A stretch of DNA of 64,000 nt from Methanobacteriota archaeon (GTDB lineage Archaea; Thermoplasmatota; E2; DHVEG-1). Both the position numbers and the translations under genes were made by a program. The notes beneath the pieces are model-generated. The model was not told the origin of the DNA and searched no databases. It saw nothing but the letters and a program-made list of their open reading frames with translations. Below, in pieces: positions 48,737 to 57,305 of this stretch. The first letter of the stretch is position 1, and each line of letters starts with the position of its first letter. The stretch spans positions 256,001 to 320,000 of the forward strand of contig CAVYNH010000004.1 of the NCBI GenBank assembly GCA_963769885.1, given 5' to 3'.

Positions 48737-50365
48737 TCAACCGTAGAATTGCACGGAATCCAGGGAAGGACGAAGGTACGAACCATGATCTGCGTCAACA
48801 TAGAGGGAGTTGTTGGCCACCTGCGAAGTCGTGTTCCGGGCGATGCCGTCCCTCGTGTTGGGGTTCGCAAGGAACCGTGGGTAGTTGGAGCTGGAGACCG
48901 CGACCCGGATGCTGTGTCCGATGTCCCACATATACGAGATGCTCATGAGGTCGACCTCGACCCGGTAGACAGTGCCCGGCTGCATGAACTCCCAATGGTC
49001 GGTGCCATTGCGGTTCCGCATTCGCAGGATCCCATCGCAGATTAGCATGCTGCGGCCGTCTGGATACACATCCGTGAGTTTCACGGTGAAGTCCGTGTCC
49101 GGCCGATCCGAGCTGACATAAAGGACCGCGTGGACCCGGCCGGTCGCCTCGAATGGATGCGTCAGCACCGGGCTGGTGAAGACGATGACGTCGCTTCGGT
49201 TCTCGACGGGCCGCTGGTCGTAGGGACCGAGTTTACCGTAGAGCTCCTGACCACCCCGGGTGGGGACCGGGTGGTTTGGGTTATAGGCGTAGGTGAATGG
49301 GCTTCCGGCTGTCGCGGGCGACTGCAGGAGGCTGTGGTTCGCGTGGAAGTAGAAGTTGGCCGGTGTGGAGGCGGGAGGCCAGTCTGTGGTATGCCGCCAG
49401 AAATTGCCGGAGCCATTAATGTCCCCCATGACGTAATAACTCACCGCTGGGTAGCTGTCATAGCCTTCAGGATTCCCTTGGGTGTACTGATTGACCATCT
49501 TCCAGAAGAGGTCTTGGCTGATGTTGTCGACGGAGTCCTTGGGGTAGGTAAGCTGGCCTTGTTTCGTGGAGCCCATGTTGACGTGGATCCAGGGGCCAAT
49601 AATGAGCTTGGATTTCCCAAGCGCCCCAGATCCGCCGTGGTATTGGTATCCCTCATAGGCGTCGATGGTGCCCTGGGTGAAGATGTCGTACCAGCCGCCC
49701 ATGTGAATGGCGGGGACGTTGACGTCGGAATAGTGGGTGTCGATGGTGACGTTCTGCCAGAAGGGGTCGGTGCTGTTCTCGTGGAGGTAGACGTCGTCGA
49801 GTATGTAGGTGCTGTTCACGCCTTCAAGCCAGTTGACGACCAGGTTCTTGCGGAATTCGCCGCCCTGGTACATGGCCCAGGTGAAGAGGTTGGGGGTTGC
49901 GAACTGGATGAACTGGCAGGCGAGGTTTGGCGGGTTTGCGCCGGCGGTGAGGTACTGGGTGATGCCGAGGGCGGAGGCGCCGAAGGTGGCGACCTTGCCG
50001 TTGCTGAAGGATTGGTTGGCGACCCAGGCGAGGGTGTCGGGGCCGTCGGTTGACTCGTTGCGGAAGACGGTGTCGTTGCCATCGGAGTCGTGGCGCCCGC
50101 GCATGTCTTGGATGACGGTCGGCCAACCTTGGTTGGCGAAGGCTTTACCGATGAGGATTCCTTGATTTTTTCCATAGGGGGTGCGGATGAGGATGCTGCC
50201 GTGGGGCTGCTGGCCTCGTTTGGCGTAGACGTCGGTAGCGAGGCGGGTGCCGTCGCGCATGGGAACCATATAGGTCTTAGGTGCGACGCAACCGCTGAGG
50301 AGTATGGTGGTGGTGAGCAGCATGCAAAGGGCGAGGATTAGGAGTGGCGTTTTCATCTGTTTCAT
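48737..50365 (-). CDS. CocE/NonD (S15) hydrolase, lipoprotein
   Basis: LSGC lipobox, VPMRDG, RTPY, GASALG, GGWYD, GPWIH. Confidence 0.9.
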   Translation of the reverse strand: MKQMKTPLLILALCMLLTTTILLSGCVAPKTYMVPMRDGTRLATDVYAKRGQQPHGSILIRTPYGKNQGILIGKAFANQGWPTVIQDMRGRHDSDGNDTVFRNESTDGPDTLAWVANQSFSNGKVATFGASALGITQYLTAGANPPNLACQFIQFATPNLFTWAMYQGGEFRKNLVVNWLEGVNSTYILDDVYLHENSTDPFWQNVTIDTHYSDVNVPAIHMGGWYDIFTQGTIDAYEGYQYHGGSGALGKSKLIIGPWIHVNMGSTKQGQLTYPKDSVDNISQDLFWKMVNQYTQGNPEGYDSYPAVSYYVMGDINGSGNFWRHTTDWPPASTPANFYFHANHSLLQSPATAGSPFTYAYNPNHPVPTRGGQELYGKLGPYDQRPVENRSDVIVFTSPVLTHPFEATGRVHAVLYVSSDRPDTDFTVKLTDVYPDGRSMLICDGILRMRNRNGTDHWEFMQPGTVYRVEVDLMSISYMWDIGHSIRVAVSSSNYPRFLANPNTRDGIARNTTSQVANNSLYVDADHGSYLRPSLDSVQFYG

Positions 50366-50785
50366 AATCGTGTTTCCCCCTTGTAGGACTTATCATCCTT
50401 GGGTTATTTCATGGTTTCGCTCTCGGAGGGGGCGTGAAAAGGGCGGGGATGGCGGAATGTCAGGGTTGTTTTAAATAGGATGGCGGCGGAAGCAGGGTCA
50501 GGTGAACACGTGAAATACCAGCAGAAGAAGACCTATGGTGAGAGATGGGAGCACAAAGGCTATCGGCACCAATACCGAAAGAAGTATCCGCAGAAGAAAA
50601 ACTCTTCGTATAAGACGCAGTACGCCAGCTGAGCCGGTCTCCGGTCGGTTGGCGCGCAACTCCAGCTGAACCCTCATTCTTCCTCTCTCGCATCTCATTT
50701 TTCTTTCTTCTTTTGTTTTTCTGTTTTTTTATCGAAGCGATGGTACGAGTCATTAAGTAATATTGGCTGTTATCCCCTTGTGCGG

Positions 50786-51538
50786 ATGCAGCGGACACAA
50801 GGCGACCTCTATCCGCTTGTGAAGGATCTGAGGACGAAGGCGCAGTTCACGCGCGAGATTTCCAAGCGGTACCAGGCGTACGGGGAGTTACTGGACAAGG
50901 ATACGATCGCGTTTTTGTTGGTTGATGAGTTGGGGCGCAATTCCTTCAGTCTGACGCCGATCTCCCGGTTGGCGGCAGGGATGGATGCGACCGTGGTCGC
51001 GATGGTAGGGGGGGTCGCCGAGGTGAAGACGTTTCGGAAGAAGAACGGGACGGTTGGCAAGGTCCTCAATCTCGATATCGCAGACGAGTCCGGGGGCTGT
51101 CGATTGGCGCTCTGGAATAAGGACATCGAGCTGGTGAAGAGCAAAGGGATTTCGGTGGGCACCCGGATCCGGGTCATCAACGGGTACACGAAGGACTCGT
51201 ATGGTTGCGCGGAGTTGAATCTGGGGAAATGGGGGATGCTGGAAGTCGAGCCTATGGCCGAGCAGACTTCTGACTCATCGATTGATCAGGTCCTCAGTGG
51301 CGTCCTTGTGAGCCGGGAGGCGACTCGCGCTTTTTTCAAAGAGAACGGCGAGATTGGGTTTGTGACGTCGATAACCGTAAAAACCACGAGCGGGGAGATC
51401 CTGCCGGTGACGTTGCGTGATGCGTCGGTGAAGTCGATCCAGGGCATCAAGCTTGGGGAATCGATCGCTTTGCAACGAGGACCGAACGCGATCAAAAACG
51501 GGACCGACGAGTGGCATTTCGGTCGCACAGAAGGATAA
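50786..51538 (+). CDS. Replication protein A/SSB-like OB-fold protein
   Basis: KTFRKKNG...GKV...DESG...LW OB fold, repeated. Confidence 0.8.
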   Translation: MQRTQGDLYPLVKDLRTKAQFTREISKRYQAYGELLDKDTIAFLLVDELGRNSFSLTPISRLAAGMDATVVAMVGGVAEVKTFRKKNGTVGKVLNLDIADESGGCRLALWNKDIELVKSKGISVGTRIRVINGYTKDSYGCAELNLGKWGMLEVEPMAEQTSDSSIDQVLSGVLVSREATRAFFKENGEIGFVTSITVKTTSGEILPVTLRDASVKSIQGIKLGESIALQRGPNAIKNGTDEWHFGRTEG

Positions 51539-51567
51539 TAAGAGAGGATGTCGATTGCAGGGACTCG

Positions 51568-51741
51568 ATGCGGCCGGGTCATCGTCCTCCGCGGGATAAG
51601 CGCTATTTTCATACCCAGAGAAAGTTCGATACCGCGCACCGGGTACAGCTCAATGAACGGATTGATGCGCTCGCGAAACGGCGGATTCGTCAAGTGACCA
51701 AAGCCCAGGTGAAGGCCTGCCGGAGCAGGCCGAGGGCGTAA
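51568..51741 (+). CDS. Small basic ORF with KRYFHTQRK motif
   Basis: 57 aa, followed by a terminator-like hairpin; motif shared with 32878-33084. Confidence 0.4.
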   Translation: MRPGHRPPRDKRYFHTQRKFDTAHRVQLNERIDALAKRRIRQVTKAQVKACRSRPRA

Positions 51742-51765
51742 GCTCCCCCGGGGAAAAATAAGGGG

Positions 51766-51797
51766 GTTGCCCGTCTGAACCACCTCAGGCGGACAAC
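51766..51797. terminator. Hairpin between convergent genes
   Basis: GTTGCCCGTCTGA-ACCACC-TCAGGCGGACAAC. Confidence 0.45.
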
Positions 51798-51880
51798 GAG
51801 TTTCCTAATGACCAGTGCTGATAATTACAGCCGATGGCTTAATATCAATCGAAAAATAGTGATGAAACACTATTGAATCA

Positions 51881-53371
51881 TTATTGAACAATCATGTTCG
51901 CTGAGGATTTGCCGGCGAGAGCCTGCCTGCCCTTCTCAGTTATGTACACGGCCTTGGACCGGCCGTACTTCTTCACGAAGACCAACCCCAAGGACTCCAG
52001 CATCCGCAGCTTGATCGTCGTCGTCGAATAGGCGATGACAAACTTCATCCGAATCTTTTTGAACGAAACGACCACGTTGCTTTGATTTTGCTCGTACACG
52101 TACCGGAGGATTGCGACCAGGGAATCATCAATCTCCACCGGGGCCTCGACCTGCGACGGCAGGACGTGAAGCTCATGGCTGAGGAGCGCCCGCTCCCGCT
52201 CAGAGAAGAAGACGGGGTCCGCCTGCACGAACAGGATGGCGTTCGTTTCAGAGATCGCCTCGGTCGCCTTGTAGATGAACCGGAGAAACTCATCAAAGGA
52301 GAATCGACTGATCAGGTAGTCGACCCGGGACAGCAGGATTACACAGTTCTTCCGATGTCTGATGAACTCCTTGATCACGGCCAGCATCTCCTCCAGCGTC
52401 GACACCGCCTCAGGACCGCGTTTCATTTCCTTGATGAGGCGGACTTGAACGCCCTCCAGGGGAAGCCCAAAGAGCGTCTCCGGGGAATTCACCCGTGTCA
52501 TCAACAACCCATGGCTATCGGTCCTGGTCAGGGAGAAGAACGGATGGTTTGCCGTGAGCGGCGGCCGCTCGAAGCTAATATAAGCCCGGCCCTTGAGAAG
52601 CTCCTGGTGCCGCTTCTGCTCCGCCGTGATATCCTCAGCGAGAAGCACAAGACTGAGGTCCGTGTCGCTTGCCTGGGTGAGGAAGGAATGCCTCAGGCCG
52701 AGAACGCACTCCACGCCGTTTATATCTCGGATACAGATCTCCTGCAACGACACCTTCTTCCCATGAAAGACCGCGTCGATTTCCTCGGCCAGCAGTTTTG
52801 GGTCACTGAAGACGCCGCATTCCTCCACCCTCTTCCGCATGATGTCTCGCTGCCGGACACCAGTAATCCGCTCAATGGTTTTGTTCCACAGGAAAATCCG
52901 GTGCGTCTGGTCGATGGAGATAATCACGTTGGACGCATTGCCGATGATGTTGTTAAGCTGACTACGGTACTGCAGCAGCTGTGTCTCCATCAGATGCTTG
53001 TAGACGGCGATCTCGATGTTGCTTTGCAGCTCGTGGTCTTCCACGGGCTTGATAATGTAACCGTACGGCTCGGTGATTTTCGCACGGCTCAGTGTTTTGG
53101 TATCCGTGTACGCCGTCAGGAACACCACCGGGATCCTATACAGGATTCTGATTTGCTTTGCCGCTTCGATGCCGTCCATGTCACCGCCGAGTTGGATTTC
53201 CATGAGGATGACATCAGGGTGAAGGTCCTTCGCCTTTTGCACCGCCTCCTGACCGGAGGTCGCGATGCCGGGAACCCTGTACCCGAGTTTCTCAAGACGT
53301 TTTTTGATGCTGGCGGCGATGATGAGCTCGTCCTCGACGAGTAGGACTCGGATTTTTTCCATGGTTTTCAC
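51881..53371 (-). CDS. Receiver-PAS-DUF835-wHTH signalling protein
   Basis: LLVEDE...FLTA...IIKP receiver; PAS; DUF835-like (GLLMTR, VILLSRVDYL); C-terminal wHTH (VYITEKGR). Confidence 0.85.
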   Translation of the reverse strand: MKTMEKIRVLLVEDELIIAASIKKRLEKLGYRVPGIATSGQEAVQKAKDLHPDVILMEIQLGGDMDGIEAAKQIRILYRIPVVFLTAYTDTKTLSRAKITEPYGYIIKPVEDHELQSNIEIAVYKHLMETQLLQYRSQLNNIIGNASNVIISIDQTHRIFLWNKTIERITGVRQRDIMRKRVEECGVFSDPKLLAEEIDAVFHGKKVSLQEICIRDINGVECVLGLRHSFLTQASDTDLSLVLLAEDITAEQKRHQELLKGRAYISFERPPLTANHPFFSLTRTDSHGLLMTRVNSPETLFGLPLEGVQVRLIKEMKRGPEAVSTLEEMLAVIKEFIRHRKNCVILLSRVDYLISRFSFDEFLRFIYKATEAISETNAILFVQADPVFFSERERALLSHELHVLPSQVEAPVEIDDSLVAILRYVYEQNQSNVVVSFKKIRMKFVIAYSTTTIKLRMLESLGLVFVKKYGRSKAVYITEKGRQALAGKSSANMIVQ

Positions 53372-53635
53372 CTCTTCCTCCTCTCTTTGCTCGGGAACCC
53401 GATGGTAAAGACTGCTCCATTCGACCGGCCCAAGTCGATGGTCTCATGCAGCTGGCTGATGAGGATATTCACCAGTTGGAGCCCCAAGGGTTTTCGCGGC
53501 CCGGAAATCCAGCCCGGGTGGGAAACCCAACGCTGCCGTCACCAGCACCGAGATTAGCGCGTACTCAGAGTGATTTATCGCACACGAGAAAACACACAGG
53601 ACCTATAAAAGCCAACGCCCCAGGAGAAATCCTGA

Positions 53636-53962
53636 CTAACATCCGCCCTGCACATATCTCGCATGATGCTCCCACGCCTCCTGCGCCCGCTGCAGCTCCC
53701 GGCCCAGATACAGATAATGCGTCGCCAACAAGGGCGGCACCCGCTTCTCGATCGTATCGCATAACGCGTCCGCCCGCGTCCCCGTAAACACCATCTCCAA
53801 CCGACCAGACACGATCCGCCCCCCACGAACCACGTTCGAATAGAACTCCACCCGAATCCCACCCTTCGCTGCCTCAATCACGAAGAACCCCGCGGGATCT
53901 AATATTACATCCTTCTGCGCGGTCTTGCGCGCCGCATACGACGGCACCTCCCTATCCACCAT
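53636..53962 (-). CDS. DUF4346-like protein
   Basis: LDPAGFFVI...HYLYLGRELQRAQ...YVQ. Confidence 0.8.
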   Translation of the reverse strand: MVDREVPSYAARKTAQKDVILDPAGFFVIEAAKGGIRVEFYSNVVRGGRIVSGRLEMVFTGTRADALCDTIEKRVPPLLATHYLYLGRELQRAQEAWEHHARYVQGGC

Positions 53963-54851
53963 ACACCCTCACCTTCGCCTCCTGCAAATTCCTCAATTTA
54001 TGAAACGCAACCTCACGCGGCAACATCCGCAGCCCGCAATCCGGCGCCACCTGCACCACCCGACACCCGAACACCTCCTCCGCCCGCTCCAAATGACTGG
54101 CAATCTCCTCAACAGCCTCCACCCGCGCATCATCCGCCCGCACCGCCCCCACACACATCCCCTTCTCCGACGGATACTCCCGAAACGTCGCAAACAACTT
54201 TGGTGATGCCGCAAACTCATGCGACAACACATCCACCGGCATCCCCACCAACCGCCCCACAATCCCAGAGACGTTCCCGCACACATGCAGCCGCATCGGA
54301 CACGCCACCCCCCGACTCACGATCCCGATCGCCTCCTCCGCATACTCCGGCAGCTCATTGCTGAACCACGGCTCATCCACACTCACCATATCCACAAACC
54401 ACGACAACGCCGCCGCCTCCTGCCGCAACGCCTCCGCAAACGCCAGACAGCACGCCCGCTCATCACGATAAAACGAATCCACACACGACTTCATCAACGT
54501 AAACGGCCCCGTCACCACCCCCAGCACCTTCACCGACGGCCCCACCACTCGACGCACCACCTCCGCGTCCCGCACCGTGATTCCCCCACAATACTCAATC
54601 GGACCCACCACCTCGGTCCGCGCCCGCACCCGACAGCCGCCCAGCCGCCGCGCGAACAACTGCACGAACGGATCCCGCGTCTGCCCATCAGACACCAGCT
54701 CGATGCCCGCCTCCACCATATCACCCACCGCGTCCACGATATACGGGTTCCACGACACCTCCTCCCCAGCGAAGTACTGCGCCATCAACTCCATCGGCGG
54801 CACCACGACCGGATACGACCCGACGACGCTGCTCAATACGCACCGACTCAT
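53952..54851 (-). CDS. Single-barrel (core) MetE-type methionine synthase, methylcobamide:homocysteine methyltransferase (MesA-like)
   Basis: 299 aa; VGSYP, SDGQ, GPFTL, VDEP; Zn ligands HVC, E, PDCG; no N-terminal folate barrel. Confidence 0.88.
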   Translation of the reverse strand: MSRCVLSSVVGSYPVVVPPMELMAQYFAGEEVSWNPYIVDAVGDMVEAGIELVSDGQTRDPFVQLFARRLGGCRVRARTEVVGPIEYCGGITVRDAEVVRRVVGPSVKVLGVVTGPFTLMKSCVDSFYRDERACCLAFAEALRQEAAALSWFVDMVSVDEPWFSNELPEYAEEAIGIVSRGVACPMRLHVCGNVSGIVGRLVGMPVDVLSHEFAASPKLFATFREYPSEKGMCVGAVRADDARVEAVEEIASHLERAEEVFGCRVVQVAPDCGLRMLPREVAFHKLRNLQEAKVRVYGG

Positions 54852-55756
54852 GGGGACAGCACCCTCCGCGGATGCCGCACCGCCGGGCAGACCCCGAAGT
54901 ACGCCTCTGTATACTCGGACACGACCATGTCGAACCAGGCCATCAACGGCACCACCACGGGAGCATGGACGATCGGGCCGAAGACCGCGAAATCACCGCC
55001 GAACAAGGCGACCCCCGCGTTCGACGCCGCATCCACCACGTCCTTCACATCCCCATACCGATGTAGCCATTTCGACTTCTCCACGACGTTATGGATCGCG
55101 CAGCCTGCAGGCAGCCCGTACTCCTCCTTGATGACCGGCAGCGACGCCAGCGCGGCCCCGCTGTTCTGCCCCGGCGCAAGCGCCGCGGTGTCCACCAGAA
55201 TCTTCTTCAGCCCCAGCGAGGATGCGACCGCCAGCAGCCCGCTTTCGATGAGGTGGGCCCCGTTTTCGAGGACTTCAACCCGCCCATCAGGGGATGAATC
55301 CTTGGGGTTGAACGCGACGATGATCGCCATCGCCGGCGGATGCGCCTTCAACGCCTCGCGTTCCGGTGCGGTTATCCCGATGTGCAGCGAATTATAGATT
55401 GTCCGGTCCAACAACCCGTGATCGCGTAGTGCCTCCAACGCCTTGACCTTGATCGCCGGTTCGATGACATCCACAGAGAACGGATGCCCGTCCGGGAGAT
55501 GCTGTTCCAGGAAATCAAGGATCGGCTCGAGGTACTCCTCCTTGCGGATGAAGACATCCGGGATTGTCGGCATCCCGGTCTCCTCGCCTGCCCGCAGCAT
55601 CGCCGCAAGCTGCGGAGCCGCGGCCGAGAAATGAGGCGCCCCTTTGAAGAATAGACCGCCGAACAACACCGTGGGATGCTCCCCCGGCTGTCCTCCAAAA
55701 TAAATCCCGCCGATCTCCATGACCTGCTGAGCCTTCGTAAACGAATACACCCTCAC
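54848..55756 (-). CDS. mtrH: Methyl-pterin:corrinoid methyltransferase, MtrH family
   Basis: FTKAQQVMEIGG..FGGQPGEHPTVL, IYNS, VDTA, GLPAGCAIHN, FGPI. Confidence 0.88.
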   Translation of the reverse strand: MRVYSFTKAQQVMEIGGIYFGGQPGEHPTVLFGGLFFKGAPHFSAAAPQLAAMLRAGEETGMPTIPDVFIRKEEYLEPILDFLEQHLPDGHPFSVDVIEPAIKVKALEALRDHGLLDRTIYNSLHIGITAPEREALKAHPPAMAIIVAFNPKDSSPDGRVEVLENGAHLIESGLLAVASSLGLKKILVDTAALAPGQNSGAALASLPVIKEEYGLPAGCAIHNVVEKSKWLHRYGDVKDVVDAASNAGVALFGGDFAVFGPIVHAPVVVPLMAWFDMVVSEYTEAYFGVCPAVRHPRRVLSP

Positions 55757-56319
55757 TCACCTCTTTTCCTAACCCGACCCCGGGCGTCAATCATGATCCG
55801 CGCATGCAACGCCCGCGCGTCCCCAAGGCCGACTGTGGCCTCCGGCTTAATCCGAATCGCAATGTACGGTTCGCCGAACAAGGGCGGCGCCCGCTGATGA
55901 AGCTCTACGATCTGTTCGGACAACCGTCCCGGGTCCACGACCCCCACACAGTCCACGGTCTCTATCTGCTCGCGGAAACGGTTGATGGCCTCCTGTGTGA
56001 TGTTCTCGATGTACGGGATCGCCCCTGGCGCCTGGATGATCCGATGGTGTTCGTCGATGCCATGGCGGTGCAACGCCAGCAGCGACGCCCCGGACCGATG
56101 CCCGCGGATCTCCTCGCCGCAGACGACGACGTAGCGGATATGCGGGTTGGAGATTACGTTCGCCACGACCTTTTCGATGCCGATATTCTCCGTCTTCAGC
56201 CGCCCATAGATCGCCACGTCCGACGGAGGAGCGTACTCGATATTGAGCAGCACCACGGCGACGCAGCCGGTTGACGGGCCTGTCGTGAACTCACCGCCCC
56301 ATGGATAGTACTCGGTCAT
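55753..56319 (-). CDS. mtrA: Soluble MtrA-family corrinoid protein (no membrane anchor)
   Basis: KTENIGIEKVVAN.ISNP.IRY...CGEEIRGH (cobalt-ligand His), GAIPYIEN. Confidence 0.9.
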   Translation of the reverse strand: MTEYYPWGGEFTTGPSTGCVAVVLLNIEYAPPSDVAIYGRLKTENIGIEKVVANVISNPHIRYVVVCGEEIRGHRSGASLLALHRHGIDEHHRIIQAPGAIPYIENITQEAINRFREQIETVDCVGVVDPGRLSEQIVELHQRAPPLFGEPYIAIRIKPEATVGLGDARALHARIMIDARGRVRKRGE

Positions 56320-56353
56320 GACTGACGGAGACTGATAACGAAATCACAGGTTT

Positions 56354-56986
56354 TTAATCTGCCGAAGCAAGACAGTAGCAGATGATTTCCTCGGCGGCGA
56401 ACCACTGCCGCCCCACGATAGTCCCAGTAAGTCGACCTTGGCGAAACAAGGTGGTGACTACCTCCGGCGGCGACCGGGAGCTGATGATGGTATAGGCCCG
56501 TGCATTGGCAGTAAAGAACCGCCCGACGTCCTTAAGGAAGCGGCCGGTGACCGCAAGGCCGCCAGCCCCACCGCTCGTTGCCAAATCCAGCCATTGATCG
56601 AGCAATTCACCAGCAGGGGTCGGCACGTACGGGGGGTTGAAGACAATGAGGTCGAACCGTTCTCTGGGTCGGACGACGGTGAAGAGGTCACCGAGGCGAA
56701 CGTCCATGATCCCAATGATGCGGGACTGGTTTCGTATAAGGTTCTGCCGGCAGTTCTCCACAGCGTGCGGGTTGCAGTCGCTGGCGACGACGCGGGCGCC
56801 GGCGTGGGCGCAGGCCAGCGCGATGATGCCGCAGCCGGTGCCCAGCTCGAGGACCGCCTCCTGCGGCCGCGGATGGATATTCTCGAGGAGGAGGAAGGTG
56901 TCTTCGGCAGGGTCGTAAACCCTAGGGTCGACGTCGATCATCAAACCCTGGTACGAGAAGGCCTTCGGGTGCGCTTGTTCACGCAT
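56354..56986 (-). CDS. HemK2/N6AMT1-type SAM methyltransferase
   Basis: VYDPAEDT, LELGTGCG, FNPPY. Confidence 0.9.
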   Translation of the reverse strand: MREQAHPKAFSYQGLMIDVDPRVYDPAEDTFLLLENIHPRPQEAVLELGTGCGIIALACAHAGARVVASDCNPHAVENCRQNLIRNQSRIIGIMDVRLGDLFTVVRPRERFDLIVFNPPYVPTPAGELLDQWLDLATSGGAGGLAVTGRFLKDVGRFFTANARAYTIISSRSPPEVVTTLFRQGRLTGTIVGRQWFAAEEIICYCLASAD

Positions 56987-57305
56987 TCCCCAGGATATTT
57001 TCTCAGGGTTATATAAGGACTCGCGAATTCGAAAAACAGAGAGGGAGAGAGGGGGTAGTCAGTAAATAGACAAATAATGAGGGAGCGGGGCTCATGGAAA
57101 CGGGTAGTCAAAGTCTAGGCTACGGTGTATTTTTGGAAGCTGTTGACGCCTATTTGGTCTCAGTTGAAACGCCAGCAAGTCGTGGAATGCACGGGAAGAC
57201 CGCCTGACTACCTTTTTTATAAGTAACGTTGGTAACAGATACGTTGATATATTTAAATAGGAAACAACAGTACGTACTTGTACTAAAGATTGGGGGAAAT
57301 TCGTC

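Noticed and set aside
50460-50798. Small ORFs between the CocE hydrolase and RPA genes
   Set aside because: No recognisable motif or convincing start context; cannot be supported from sequence alone.
53456-53510. CTGATGA...GAAA as a hammerhead ribozyme
   Set aside because: No stem II closing directly onto GAAA and no compatible stems I and III.
54848-56319. mtrA/mtrH as evidence of methanogenesis
   Set aside because: No membrane Mtr subunits or mcr in the window, MtrA lacks its anchor, and the context is methionine synthesis.
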